Below, piece by piece: positions 9,744 through 20,567 of a stretch of 64,000 bases of DNA. The notes beneath the pieces were generated by a model, which was given only the letters and a program-made list of their open reading frames with translations, did no database searches and was not told the origin of the DNA. The DNA lies in assembly GCA_015058525.1 (NCBI GenBank), contig SVCE01000014.1, positions 2,573 to 66,572 on the forward strand, read 5' to 3'. Every line of letters begins with the position of its first letter. The stretch's first letter is position 1. The DNA comes from Clostridium butyricum (GTDB lineage Bacteria; Bacillota; Clostridia; Clostridiales; Clostridiaceae). The translations under genes were made by a program, and so were the position numbers.

Positions 9744-11726
9744 TTATTTTTCTTTTCTAAATTTTTTATTAATTGAGATTATTGTTTCTACTTTATCTTG
9801 TGGAATCTCTGGAGGTATAAATTCAGGTCTACTAAAGTAATACCCTTGTAAGAAATCAACTCCAAGTTCAATTAATTTTTCTAATTCCTCTACATACTCA
9901 ACACCTTCAGCAACTACTTTTATATCTCTCTGCTTAGCATATGAAACTAAATTTTTGCATATCTGCTGCCTATTTAAATCGTTATTTATTCCTCTTACAA
10001 TTTCCATATCAATCTTCACATAATCTGGTGTCATTGCAAGAAGTATTGCCTCATTGTTATATCCAGATCCAAAATCATCAATAGCCACCTGACTTTTCCA
10101 GCTAGAGATGAGTTTTGCTTTTTTCGATGTTCCTTGAATATTGGATTGCTCATTTTCCAATATTTCAACAACTATATTATCCAAATATCTTTTATACATT
10201 TTTTCAAATCTTTCCAAATCTTCATTTGCCAGCACATAGTTAGGAATAGAGTTAATAAATAATTTTCTATTTTTAAAATATTTCCTATTTTTCACATAAC
10301 ACTCAAGTGATTTAAAAAATGTAAGTTTCTCAACTTCATATAGTCTTGAATCTGCTGTAGCTAATTTTATTATATGAAGCGGATTCTTTAATGTCTCAAG
10401 TTCAGATCTCATAAGAGCCTCATACGCAAATATTTCTCCATTATCAGCACGTATTATAGGTTGAAAAGCATATCTTACAAGTTCTTCATCCAATAGTTTA
10501 TTTAAATCTTCTTGACTACTTAATAAGAAATAATCATTCTCATATTCTTTTTTATTAAATTCACTTATGCTCCCTTTAACAGTCTTTTTTATTTTATACA
10601 TTGCAAAATCAGAGAATTTTGCCAAATTTTCAAAAGTAACAGCATCTTTTGGATACCATGCAATTCCAGTGGAAGCTCTTAGTTTTAATTTTCTTCCATT
10701 AGGAACATTAATAAATGCATTTTCCATATCATTATGAACTCTCTCTACAATTTTTCTTATTTCATCTTCATTATTAAATCCATATAAAAATACCAAAAAT
10801 TCATCTCCAGATCTTCTAGCTACAAATCCCCTATACTGTTCAAATTTCTTAAGTATAACCGCTGCTTTTCTAATATAATCATCACCACAATCATGTCCAT
10901 AAGTATCATTAACATACTTAAGATTATCAAGATCCCACATTACAAATGCACCTATTTTCAAATTATTTTCTATAAGCTTATCTGTAACTTTATTATAAAA
11001 AGCTCTTCTATTTAAAATATTAGTAAGAATATCATAATCTCTTTCATACTTTATCTTTCGTTTGTCAATAACTTCCTGTGTAACATCTATTACTACTCCA
11101 AACTTTTTTTTCTTTTCTTCGTTAATCTTTAATTTAATCCAAATCCTATCACTATTTGATTTATCTATTCTATATATTTCTTTCATTTCTGGTTCTGGTT
11201 TGTTAGTTATTTCTTCAATTATTTCTTCAAAAAAACTTTTATCAAAATATGTAGCTTTGTTACCTAAAGAATCGACACCAATAACCCTAAAGAAACCTTC
11301 AGTACAATATACTAAACTATCATTTTTTGTATATTCGAATGCACCTATAGGCATATTTAAGAGATTTATTATTTGGCTTAATTTTGAAGATGAATCTGCT
11401 ACTTTTTCGCTAAGTTCTTCTATTGCATCTACTAAATTATCTATTTCTTCAATGTTAGTTTTTTTTATTTTTAAATGTTTACTTGGATCACTGTTTTTTA
11501 CTTTCTCGGATAGAAGCCTTAATGGTTTTATTAATTTATAATCAGTACAAAAAAATATAAGAACACCAAATAAATTAATAATTATAAATAAAAATATTAA
11601 CGTTTCTCTACTAAAATCTAATAACAACATAACATTTAATATAATTATCTGCATTACACTGCCATTAATTACTGAATATACTCTTCTCTTTAATATAGAT
11701 TTTTTTTTATTTTTCACATTAATCAT
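9744..11726 (-). CDS. Membrane-anchored diguanylate cyclase/phosphodiesterase (TM-HAMP-PAS-like-GGDEF-EAL)
   Basis: DLDNLKYVNDTYGH, SGDEF, YEALMR, DDFGSGY, EGVE, QGYYF; ATG 11726 with SD AAGGAG. Confidence 0.92.
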   Translation of the reverse strand: MINVKNKKKSILKRRVYSVINGSVMQIIILNVMLLLDFSRETLIFLFIIINLFGVLIFFCTDYKLIKPLRLLSEKVKNSDPSKHLKIKKTNIEEIDNLVDAIEELSEKVADSSSKLSQIINLLNMPIGAFEYTKNDSLVYCTEGFFRVIGVDSLGNKATYFDKSFFEEIIEEITNKPEPEMKEIYRIDKSNSDRIWIKLKINEEKKKKFGVVIDVTQEVIDKRKIKYERDYDILTNILNRRAFYNKVTDKLIENNLKIGAFVMWDLDNLKYVNDTYGHDCGDDYIRKAAVILKKFEQYRGFVARRSGDEFLVFLYGFNNEDEIRKIVERVHNDMENAFINVPNGRKLKLRASTGIAWYPKDAVTFENLAKFSDFAMYKIKKTVKGSISEFNKKEYENDYFLLSSQEDLNKLLDEELVRYAFQPIIRADNGEIFAYEALMRSELETLKNPLHIIKLATADSRLYEVEKLTFFKSLECYVKNRKYFKNRKLFINSIPNYVLANEDLERFEKMYKRYLDNIVVEILENEQSNIQGTSKKAKLISSWKSQVAIDDFGSGYNNEAILLAMTPDYVKIDMEIVRGINNDLNRQQICKNLVSYAKQRDIKVVAEGVEYVEELEKLIELGVDFLQGYYFSRPEFIPPEIPQDKVETIISINKKFRKEK

Positions 11727-11921
11727 CCCGTCTCCTTTGTGGAATTTTAATAACAAATAAATAAACATTTATTTTATTATAAATTAATCTCCTCATTTTT
11801 TCCATATATTTTCATAATTTTATATTGTTTTTTATTTTTATTAACACTTCAGCATATATTTTACCCCAATAAAAAATCGGTCTGACAATAGAAAAAACTA
11901 TCTATAATCAGACCAATAAAA

Positions 11922-13061
11922 TCATAATATTTTTATACACTCAAAAATAAAAGATAAAATTATAAGACCTATGAAATTATATATACTAAAACACTTAATA
12001 TATTCCTTACTTCTTTCAAAATTTTCATTTACATAAAGCTTATATGAAATTATGCTTGCAAGCGAAGCAATTAATGTCCCAAGTCCACCTACATTTACTC
12101 CTAAAAGCAACTCTTCATAGTGATTTGTAAAACCTGATAAAAGCATAGTTGATGGTACATTGCTTATAAACTGACTTGCAATAAGCCCACTAAAATATGT
12201 GGTTTGTGGACTTGATAATAAAGCTTCCAATATATTTTTTACATACGTCATATTAGATATATTCCCAATAAAGATAAAGAATCCTGCAAATGTAAGAAGA
12301 AGAGAATAATCAACTCTTTTAAACAAACTTCGATCTAGAAACATAACACCAATTAATGTTACTATAAATGCTATTCTATAATCCAATACTTTAAACACAG
12401 AAGCAAGTATTATTAACAAAATTATTGTATACAAAATTGCTTTAATTTTGCCTTCTATAGAATTTCTATTAAGGTCTATTATTTTTATATCTGTACTTTT
12501 CATTTTATAAATTACGATTATAAGTAATATAGATGAAACAATTACTAGAGGCAGCGTTATCTTAAGAAACTCATATGGCGATAAATTATAAAAACTATAT
12601 ATAAATAAATTCTGAGGATTTCCCATAGGAGTAAGAGCACTTCCTAAATTTGCACCTATAGTCTGCAAAATAACCAATTTCATTATATCAATATTTAGCT
12701 TTCTTCCTACAATTAATGTAATTGGTACAAATGTAATAAGTGCAACATCATTTGTTACAACCATTGCTCCAATAAATGTTACAAATACTAATACATAAGT
12801 GATACCTCTAACAGTCGTACATTTTTGTACCAAATAAGCTGCTATATAATCTAATATTTTAAGTTTCTTAAAAGCTGCTACAATTATCATAAGATTAAAT
12901 AAAAGTATAATAACCTTAAAATCTATATATTCTAACTTAGGAATTGAAATAAATGATGTTATTATTGCTAAAAGAAGTGCAGTTACCATTACACACTCTT
13001 TTTTCAAGTATTCTCTAATCTTTTCTCTTTTTAATAAATGTTCTTGTACTCCTGTTTCCAT
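11922..13061 (-). CDS. ArsB/NhaD/SLC13-type anion (carboxylate) permease
   Basis: VTNDVALITFVP, ANLGSALTPMGNPQN, SQFISNVP, VNVGGLGTLIASLA; multiple TM helices. Confidence 0.8.
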   Translation of the reverse strand: METGVQEHLLKREKIREYLKKECVMVTALLLAIITSFISIPKLEYIDFKVIILLFNLMIIVAAFKKLKILDYIAAYLVQKCTTVRGITYVLVFVTFIGAMVVTNDVALITFVPITLIVGRKLNIDIMKLVILQTIGANLGSALTPMGNPQNLFIYSFYNLSPYEFLKITLPLVIVSSILLIIVIYKMKSTDIKIIDLNRNSIEGKIKAILYTIILLIILASVFKVLDYRIAFIVTLIGVMFLDRSLFKRVDYSLLLTFAGFFIFIGNISNMTYVKNILEALLSSPQTTYFSGLIASQFISNVPSTMLLSGFTNHYEELLLGVNVGGLGTLIASLASIISYKLYVNENFERSKEYIKCFSIYNFIGLIILSFIFECIKIL

Positions 13062-13087
13062 AATTAATGAACAATATTATGTTCCTT

Positions 13088-13263
13088 TCACCATCCTAAC
13101 TCTTTATTCTTATCTATGTAAATTTTTATCTTTTCTCCTATTACAATGCATTTTGAATTTTTTCCATAGTTTATACACTTGTTTTTATAATAGACATATT
13201 TTCATCATTAATAATACTTTTTGCAACAATTCCCACGTTATCATCCTTAGTAAGTAATTTCAT
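13088..13263 (-). pseudogene. Small ORF (~58 aa) apparently frameshifted in an A5 run
   Basis: SD AGGAGG, ATG 13263: MKLLTKDDNVGIVAKSIINDENMSIIK then early stop; one extra A at 13182-13186 gives NKCINYGKNSKCIVIGEKIKIYIDKNKELGW* ending at 13088, at the next gene's SD. Confidence 0.55.
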
Positions 13264-13382
13264 TTATTTTCCTCCTATTATCAAAAAATAATTTCACATT
13301 TAGTTATATATTATTTTTATACTATAATCAATTAGTATAACAGTTTAAATTCTTTGATCTTATTAGAAATTCTACAAAAAAT

Positions 13383-14945
13383 TCAATTTAATAAAAAACA
13401 AGATTCATCCATAATCCTTAACTCATTGTCAATTATAGGTTTAAAATCCATCAATTCAATTATATTGTTTTCCAAATCAATACCTGGTGCAATTTCAATC
13501 AAATGTAATCCATCTTTAAATAATTTAAATACACATCTTTCAGTTACATATAAGACATCTTTACTATTTTCTGCTGCATATTTTCCGCTAAATGTTATTT
13601 GAGACACTTGATTCACGAATTTTTTATTCTTTCCTTCATTTAAAATTTCAAGTTTTCCATGTTCTACATTTATAACTAATCCTCCAGCAGTAAATGTTCC
13701 ACAAAAAACAACTCTCTTTGAATTTTGTGTAATGTTTATAAATCCACCGCATCCTGGTATTTTGCTTGCAAACCTGCTTACATTTATGTTTCCATATTTA
13801 TCACACTGTGCCATTCCTAAAAAACTTATATCAAGACCTCCGCCATCATAAAAGTCAAATTGTGACACCTGATCTATTATACATTCAGGATTATATGATG
13901 AACCAAATCTAATTCCACTTTGAGGAACTCCACCTATAGCTCCTGGCTCTACAGTAAGAGTAATGAATTCATTAAATTTCTTTCTATCCGCTTCTTTTGA
14001 AACCTCTTCTGGAACCCCTATACCAATGTTTACAATCTCATTTTTTCTTAATTCCAAAAATGCTCTTTTACCTATAATTTGTCTAGCATTTAATTTTTCT
14101 TTTATATTAATGATATTTTCTTTAGTTTTTGTTGTCTTTGATTTACTATATTTTATTTTTTGTGCTCCACATAAACCTAATTCACATTCAGTTCCTAAAA
14201 TTTGAGCCTTTTCATTTTTCTTTTCAACTTTTACTACATAATCAACATATATTCCTGGTATCTTAACTTTCTGACATGATACCTTCTGATCTTCTAAAAT
14301 ATCATCTACTTGAACAATTACAATTCCTCCACAGTTTTTAACTGCTTGAGCTATAAGAAACGCTTCTGAATAAGTTGCTTCCTTTTCCATTGATATATTA
14401 CCACTTTTATCACAAAATGTTCCCTTTATAAATGCAACATCAATATTTACATTCTTAAACAGAAGAAACTCTTCATCATTTATATTTATTAGTTTCACAT
14501 AATCATCTTTAGTTATATCATTTGCTTTTCCCCCTTCATTTCTAGGGTCTACAAATGTTCCAAGACCAATCCTGCTTAAAGTATATCCAGCTTTTCTAGC
14601 AGTATCTCTAAATATATTACACATTACACCTTGAGGAAAATTATAAGCCTGTACTTTATTATTAAGTATTAAATTTCCTAGTTTAGGAGCAAGATTAAAA
14701 TGTGCTCCAACTATCTTTTTTATAAGTCCTTCATAAGCAATATGATTAAGCCCTTTGTCCTTTCCATCTCCTTGACCTGCAGCAAACATAAGCGTAATAT
14801 CTCTTGGATTATCTTCATTTAAAAACCTTTCTCCCAATTCCTTTAAAAGACATTCTGGAACAGCTACAGCTGCAAATCCTGAAACAGCAAGAGTATCACC
14901 TGATTTTATTAATTTAACAGCATTTTTAGAATCGATTACTTTCAT
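13383..14945 (-). CDS. Family I acyl-CoA:acetate CoA-transferase (propionate CoA-transferase/YdiF-like)
   Basis: AAGQGDG, AYNFPQG, GLGTFVDPR, VNIGIGVPE, TVEPGAIGG (catalytic Glu), GCGGFINITQ, YVTERCVF. Confidence 0.88.
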   Translation of the reverse strand: MKVIDSKNAVKLIKSGDTLAVSGFAAVAVPECLLKELGERFLNEDNPRDITLMFAAGQGDGKDKGLNHIAYEGLIKKIVGAHFNLAPKLGNLILNNKVQAYNFPQGVMCNIFRDTARKAGYTLSRIGLGTFVDPRNEGGKANDITKDDYVKLININDEEFLLFKNVNIDVAFIKGTFCDKSGNISMEKEATYSEAFLIAQAVKNCGGIVIVQVDDILEDQKVSCQKVKIPGIYVDYVVKVEKKNEKAQILGTECELGLCGAQKIKYSKSKTTKTKENIINIKEKLNARQIIGKRAFLELRKNEIVNIGIGVPEEVSKEADRKKFNEFITLTVEPGAIGGVPQSGIRFGSSYNPECIIDQVSQFDFYDGGGLDISFLGMAQCDKYGNINVSRFASKIPGCGGFINITQNSKRVVFCGTFTAGGLVINVEHGKLEILNEGKNKKFVNQVSQITFSGKYAAENSKDVLYVTERCVFKLFKDGLHLIEIAPGIDLENNIIELMDFKPIIDNELRIMDESCFLLN

Positions 14946-15010
14946 GAAAATCTCCTTATAAATTAATATTTACTTAAAGTCTATTCTGCCGCTTATCAAT
15001 TTCAATCTGA

Positions 15011-15028
15011 TTGTTATTTAATTAACAC
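15011..15028. promoter_or_regulatory. Putative Rex operator upstream of the CoA-transferase
   Basis: TTGTTATTTAATTAACAC matches TTGTTA-N6-TAACAA with 1 mismatch. Confidence 0.55.
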
Positions 15029-15147
15029 TTATAAATATAATACTTTATCTTAAAAAATAAATATATTTCCATTATGAATGTTTCTATTTTAATTTTTAAA
15101 TCACTTCAAAAATCATTTCATTATTTAAAAATATACTCAAAAAAATA

Positions 15148-15184
15148 AAAACGAATGAAATTATTTTACTTAATCATTCGTTTT
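15148..15184 (-). terminator. Terminator after NifX-family gene
   Basis: AAAACGAATGA...TCATTCGTTTT. Confidence 0.7.
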
Positions 15185-15196
15185 AAACAGTACATA

Positions 15197-15586
15197 TTAT
15201 TTCATATTTGGCATTTTAATTGTCATATGAGTTTTGTGATCATGGTGATGATCGTGACTACATACAATATTCTTATCTACTAATTCACCACTTATATAAG
15301 AAGCTACAATATCATCTATACTACCAGAAGCACCTCTTATAACATCAAGATTTTGACTCTTAAGACCATCTATTGCTCCTTGACCTATACCTCCAGTAAT
15401 TACGACTGATACTCCTTCTTCTTTTAATAACGTTGCTAATCCACCATGATTATGCTGTAAAGATTCAGAATTAATTTCCTTTTTTTCTAAAATCTTATTA
15501 TCTTCAATAGTTATTATTTCAAAACTTCTGCTTTTTCCAAAATGTTGATTAATTTCATTTTCATTTTTAGGTAACGCTATTTTCAT
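15197..15586 (-). CDS. NifB/NifX (FeMo-cofactor biosynthesis domain) family protein with His-rich tail
   Basis: MKIALP...INQHFGKS, VVITGGIGQGA, C-terminal CSHDHHHDHKTH; ATG 15586 with SD GGAGGA. Confidence 0.85.
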   Translation of the reverse strand: MKIALPKNENEINQHFGKSRSFEIITIEDNKILEKKEINSESLQHNHGGLATLLKEEGVSVVITGGIGQGAIDGLKSQNLDVIRGASGSIDDIVASYISGELVDKNIVCSHDHHHDHKTHMTIKMPNMK

Positions 15587-15707
15587 AATATCCTCCAACT
15601 CTATTTATATTATTTTTAGTGTTTAAACTAAATTTATCCACTAATAGCATTACTATTTTAACACAAAATTATCACTTTTATAATATTTTATTTTACATAC
15701 ATAAAAA

Positions 15708-16340
15708 TTACTTCCTAATGCCATCTTTAAGTTCATCAGAATTTATTCTCAGAGGTTCCTTAAACTGATTTAACACAAGAACCTTATAATATATTTCAGC
15801 TACGTCCTCCACATATCTAGCTTTTATTACTACATCATCTATCTTATCACTTATTATTACAACCCCATGACGTTCTAATAAACATGCATCATTTTTACTC
15901 AACGGTTCTATGACGCTTTTAGCAAGTTCTATAGTCTGTGCTTTTTCATATGGTGCAACATATATATATCCTCCATAATGCCTTGAATCTGATACTATTG
16001 GAGGGATAACTTTATTAGCTACTGCAAAAACTGTAGCATAAAGAGAATGAGTATACATAACAGCTCGTATATTTTTCTTATTTTTATATATTTCTAAATG
16101 AAGCATCTTTTCTCTACTTGGTTTTATTCCTTTTTGAACTTCGATTTCATTTCCTTCAATGTCAAGTATACATATATTTTCTGGTTTTAAATCTTTCCTA
16201 CTTATCTGCGAAGGAGTAATTAAAATATATCCCGTACTCTTATCCTTTATGCTAAAATTTCCCGTCTTTTCTTTACATAATCCAAATTTTTCAGCATCTT
16301 TTGCTATTTTAACAAGTTTAATTCTTAAATTATCAAGCAT
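15708..16340 (-). CDS. Class II aldolase/adducin family protein (FucA/AraD-like), degenerate metal site
   Basis: GNFS, ITPS, KPSRE..LH..IY, YTHS, LLERHG; ATG 16340 with SD GGGGGA. Confidence 0.85.
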   Translation of the reverse strand: MLDNLRIKLVKIAKDAEKFGLCKEKTGNFSIKDKSTGYILITPSQISRKDLKPENICILDIEGNEIEVQKGIKPSREKMLHLEIYKNKKNIRAVMYTHSLYATVFAVANKVIPPIVSDSRHYGGYIYVAPYEKAQTIELAKSVIEPLSKNDACLLERHGVVIISDKIDDVVIKARYVEDVAEIYYKVLVLNQFKEPLRINSDELKDGIRK

Positions 16341-16477
16341 ATTATCCCCCCAGTTTATTCTATTATTAAAATTCAATTTATATTCCTATTTCATTTATTG
16401 TTATTTTTTTGTCAATCATATATATTAGTTTCTCTTTACATTACAACATATGTTTATACACTCATTTATGACACAAA

Positions 16478-16502
16478 AAAAACTGTCCATAAGACAGTTT
16501 TT
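16478..16502. terminator. Terminator of GntR-ABC operon
   Basis: AAAAACTGTC-CATAA-GACAGTTTTT. Confidence 0.75.
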
Positions 16503-16509
16503 ATAAAAA

Positions 16510-17189
<680 letters not shown>

Positions 17190-17203
17190 ATTCCTTACAC
17201 TCC

Positions 17204-18049
17204 TTATCTTACATAATAAATTAAAATATCATCTAATGAACATTTTTCATAAATCGCTTCATTTCCAAAAATTTCATAAGCCTTGTGTTTATTATTCATA
17301 AGTCCTTCATATCCAAAAGCATTTTCTTTTAGTGAAATAAATTGTTTTTTTATGTCTACATTATATAAATCTTTCTTAAACTTAACTAATATATGATTTT
17401 CTAATATTTCATCTTTTTCACCTTGTAAAAATATCTTTCCATTGTATATACAAACAATGTAATCTGCATACTTTTCAATATCTGTTGTTATGTGTGATGA
17501 ATAAAACACTGTAATTTCTTCATTAGCCATATTGTTACTTATAATTTCTAATATTTCATTTCTTACAACAGGATCAAGATTTGCTGTAGGTTCATCCATA
17601 ATTAATATTTTAGGATGATGGGAAAATGCCATAACAAGCTGAAACTGTTTCTGTTTCCCTTTTGATAGTTTCTTAAATTCCATATTTTCATTCAGTTCAA
17701 ATTGGTTCATATATTTTCTATACAACTTTTCATCCCAATTAGAATAAAACCCACAGATACTATTCTTTATATGTTTTAATTTATTCTCCTGTAAAAATCC
17801 CGAAATATCACCAACATATCCAATATCATTTTTAATATTTCCATTATTAAAAATGTTTTTTCCAAGAACCATAATTTCACCATAATTAGGCTTTATCATA
17901 CCCATTATAGATTTTATTGTAGTTGTTTTGCCGCTTCCATTTGGTCCTATAAACCCTGTTATAAATCCAGTCTTAACTTTTAAATTTTCTATATCAAGTG
18001 AAAAATTTTTATAATTCTTTTTTAAATTTTTTAATTCAATAGCTTCCAT
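17204..18049 (-). CDS. ABC transporter ATP-binding protein (YtrB-like)
   Basis: GPNGSGKTT, LSKG, LIMDEPT, YSSH. Confidence 0.92.
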   Translation of the reverse strand: MEAIELKNLKKNYKNFSLDIENLKVKTGFITGFIGPNGSGKTTTIKSIMGMIKPNYGEIMVLGKNIFNNGNIKNDIGYVGDISGFLQENKLKHIKNSICGFYSNWDEKLYRKYMNQFELNENMEFKKLSKGKQKQFQLVMAFSHHPKILIMDEPTANLDPVVRNEILEIISNNMANEEITVFYSSHITTDIEKYADYIVCIYNGKIFLQGEKDEILENHILVKFKKDLYNVDIKKQFISLKENAFGYEGLMNNKHKAYEIFGNEAIYEKCSLDDILIYYVR

Positions 18050-18055
18050 TTTTAT

Positions 18056-18430
18056 TTAAACCTCCTCATATATTTCCTTAAAAATCTCAACACATTCATC
18101 CAGTCCTAGCCCTAATGACTTAGCTGTAACTATCACTTCTTCAAGTCTACTTTCCATTTCTGCCATTGCTGCTTCCTTAAGTCTTTCTGAATTTGCACCA
18201 GAAACAAAAGATCCTTTACCTACTACTGTCTCAATAAATCCTTCTTTTTCAAGTTCTTCATAAGCTCTTTTTGTTGTTATTATGCTTACTCTCAATTCCT
18301 TTGCAAGCATTCTAATTGAAGGAAGCATTTCACCACATTTTAAATGACCATTTAAAATCTCATTTTTAATTTGATTTTCTATTTGCTCATATAATTTAAC
18401 TGGTGAATCATTACTAATTAAAATGTCCAA
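18056..18430 (-). CDS. GntR family (YtrA subfamily) transcriptional regulator
   Basis: PVKLYEQI...LPSIRMLAKELRVSIITTKRAYEELEKEG...GKGSFV; TTG at 18430 with SD GGAGGTG. Confidence 0.92.
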   Translation of the reverse strand: MDILISNDSPVKLYEQIENQIKNEILNGHLKCGEMLPSIRMLAKELRVSIITTKRAYEELEKEGFIETVVGKGSFVSGANSERLKEAAMAEMESRLEEVIVTAKSLGLGLDECVEIFKEIYEEV

Positions 18431-18450
18431 CTGTGCACCTCCATGTATAA

Positions 18451-18502
18451 GTGTATATATCATCTATACACATATATTATCACCGTTTTCTATTTTTGTA
18501 AA
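18451..18502 (-). promoter_or_regulatory. SigA promoter plus YtrA-type operator palindrome
   Basis: TTTACA-17-TAATAT (TG-extended) followed by GTGTATA-N7-TATACAC at 18451-18471. Confidence 0.7.
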
Positions 18503-18689
18503 TACCTACCATGATTTTTTTTAATTTATACATATTTATCATTTTGCTATTACCTCTAATATTAAATAAAATTTATTTTTATTTCACAGTAAATTCTGCA
18601 TTGTATAATGATAACAATTAATTTGTCATTTATCTTAAATCCCGTTAAATATAAACATTTTTTATCATTAACAACTAATTATAAAAAAA

Positions 18690-18731
18690 ACAGTAGATGG
18701 ATTTGTTTTTCACTAAAATCCTATCTACTGT
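18690..18731 (-). terminator. Terminator after cell-wall-binding protein gene
   Basis: ACAGTAGATGGATTT...AAATCCTATCTACTGT with T-run on the minus strand. Confidence 0.7.
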
Positions 18732-18775
18732 ACAAAGTAAAGTTGAATCATCTTAACTTTATTTAAACTAAAATA

Positions 18776-19330
18776 TTACCAAACCATAGCCCCATTAGAT
18801 CCTAAATAATATCTATCTACATAAGTATTGGCAGCCATTTCTCCGTTTTCATATAAATAATACCATGTTCCAACATCATTAATCCATCCAGTTTGCATAA
18901 TTCCATTGGAATTCATATAATACCACTTTCCATTTACCAATTTCCAACCTGTTTGAGGCACTCCATTTTCAAGCAGCATCCATGTTTTATCTGCCATTCT
19001 AGCCCAATATAGTCCTCTATTCCCCCATGTATTTTCAACTGCATTTTGAGTTATTGGTCCAATCTGATCAAATGATGCTGTTGTTTGTCCATCGCTAATA
19101 TCATTATCATCTTCCTTAGTTGGCGATTGTTTACTTGAGAATGTATTCTTAAATGAATTCACTCTATAATCACTCTTATCTTTGTCTTTCCAAGACCAAC
19201 CTGGTTGAATATTATCTAGTTCCTCCTTAGTATATCCATTTGAACCTGATTCTGCAAAACTTACACAAGTTCCCTGCATTATTAAGCCTGCTAAAACTAA
19301 AGAAAATATCTTTAATCGCTTTGATTTCAT
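18776..19330 (-). CDS. Secreted protein with choline/cell-wall-binding repeats
   Basis: Signal peptide; repeats TGWKLVNGKWYYMNSNGIM, TGWINDVGTWYYLYENGEM, YYLGSNGAM. Confidence 0.88.
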   Translation of the reverse strand: MKSKRLKIFSLVLAGLIMQGTCVSFAESGSNGYTKEELDNIQPGWSWKDKDKSDYRVNSFKNTFSSKQSPTKEDDNDISDGQTTASFDQIGPITQNAVENTWGNRGLYWARMADKTWMLLENGVPQTGWKLVNGKWYYMNSNGIMQTGWINDVGTWYYLYENGEMAANTYVDRYYLGSNGAMVW

Positions 19331-19629
19331 TTTTCTAATCCTCCAACTATTTTATAGAATTATTAATCATTTGTAGATCACTTTATTTTCGTTAAAAATT
19401 TGAAAAGCTTAAGAAAAGTTAAGTTATTTTTCAAAAGTTGTTTAACATATTATCAATTTTACTATTATTTTTTCATAATATTTCCATTTGGCAAACTTTA
19501 CTTAATATATTAAGAAAATTTTATTTATCAAACAATTATATTTATTAGCTTATTACATTTCTAATTTAAACAATTTGTACAAAATAAAAAGCATATTATT
19601 TTTGCCGTTTTCTTTTAAATTCCTTAAAA

Positions 19630-20289
19630 TTATTGATTTAACTGGTTTCTACAATTAAATAAAGGATTTCTAGTTTGTATCCACACTTCACCAGGTCCCT
19701 TAAATTTACATACTATACCTTCCCCTCCTGTTATAGAAGTAAATAAACCAGATGCAGTTTCTATAGTGTAACTCATCCTGCTATCCCATAAAACTAAATG
19801 ATTTGTATCCACTATATATTCTTCATCAGTAGAAAGAAATTTTTTGTGTATTGCTCCATAAGCACTTATAAATAAAGTACCCTCACCGCTTGCTTCCATT
19901 TGAATTAATCCTTCACCTGATAATAATCCATTAAGCCCTCCTGATTTTGTATTTATTTCTATTTCTGAAGTTGAAGCTAAAAAGCTTGACCGTCCAAGCC
20001 TATAATTTTTAGTTCCATCCATATCTATTATTTCTATATCACCTGAATATTCTGGTGCAAGTAATAATTCTCCCTGACTTTCTGCAAAAAACCTCTGAAC
20101 AAATAAACTTTCTCCAGAAAAGAGCCTTCCTATAGTTTTTCCCAATCCTCCAGTTTTTGATTTAATTTTAAAAACATTACTCATGGCAACCATAGCACCA
20201 GCTTCAACTATATAACACTCTCCCTTCTGAGCATTAATTTTTAGTACCTTATTTGTGTTTCCATACAGCAACTCATATTTACTGTTCAT
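19630..20289 (-). CDS. TIGR00266/AIM24 family protein
   Basis: EAGAMVAMS, LFSGESLF, GEGL, YGAI, YIVDTNHLV, GPGEVWIQTRN; likely start ATG 20289. Confidence 0.85.
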   Translation of the reverse strand: MNSKYELLYGNTNKVLKINAQKGECYIVEAGAMVAMSNVFKIKSKTGGLGKTIGRLFSGESLFVQRFFAESQGELLLAPEYSGDIEIIDMDGTKNYRLGRSSFLASTSEIEINTKSGGLNGLLSGEGLIQMEASGEGTLFISAYGAIHKKFLSTDEEYIVDTNHLVLWDSRMSYTIETASGLFTSITGGEGIVCKFKGPGEVWIQTRNPLFNCRNQLNQ

Positions 20290-20567
20290 ATATTTCTCGA
20301 TCCCCTTTATATTTTTTCTTACTTTTCCATTTTTTGATGTTATAAAGTAAAATGTATGCAAACTATCCTTTTCTATTATGTATACAATTAAATTGATTAA
20401 AATATACTATATAAATAAAAAAGCTTCTTAAAATTATATAATAATCTTGTGCATTCTGCTGTACCACTACAAATATATTTCCTATAGGTAAAATGGTAAA
20501 AATATAATAACTATTATTTGTTGATATACAATTATTAATAAAAATTCAAAATAAAAAGCATCTTACT

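Noticed and set aside
19402..19423. GAAAAG/TTAAG direct repeat as a response-regulator site
   Set aside because: Short, AT-rich, inconsistent 10/11-bp period
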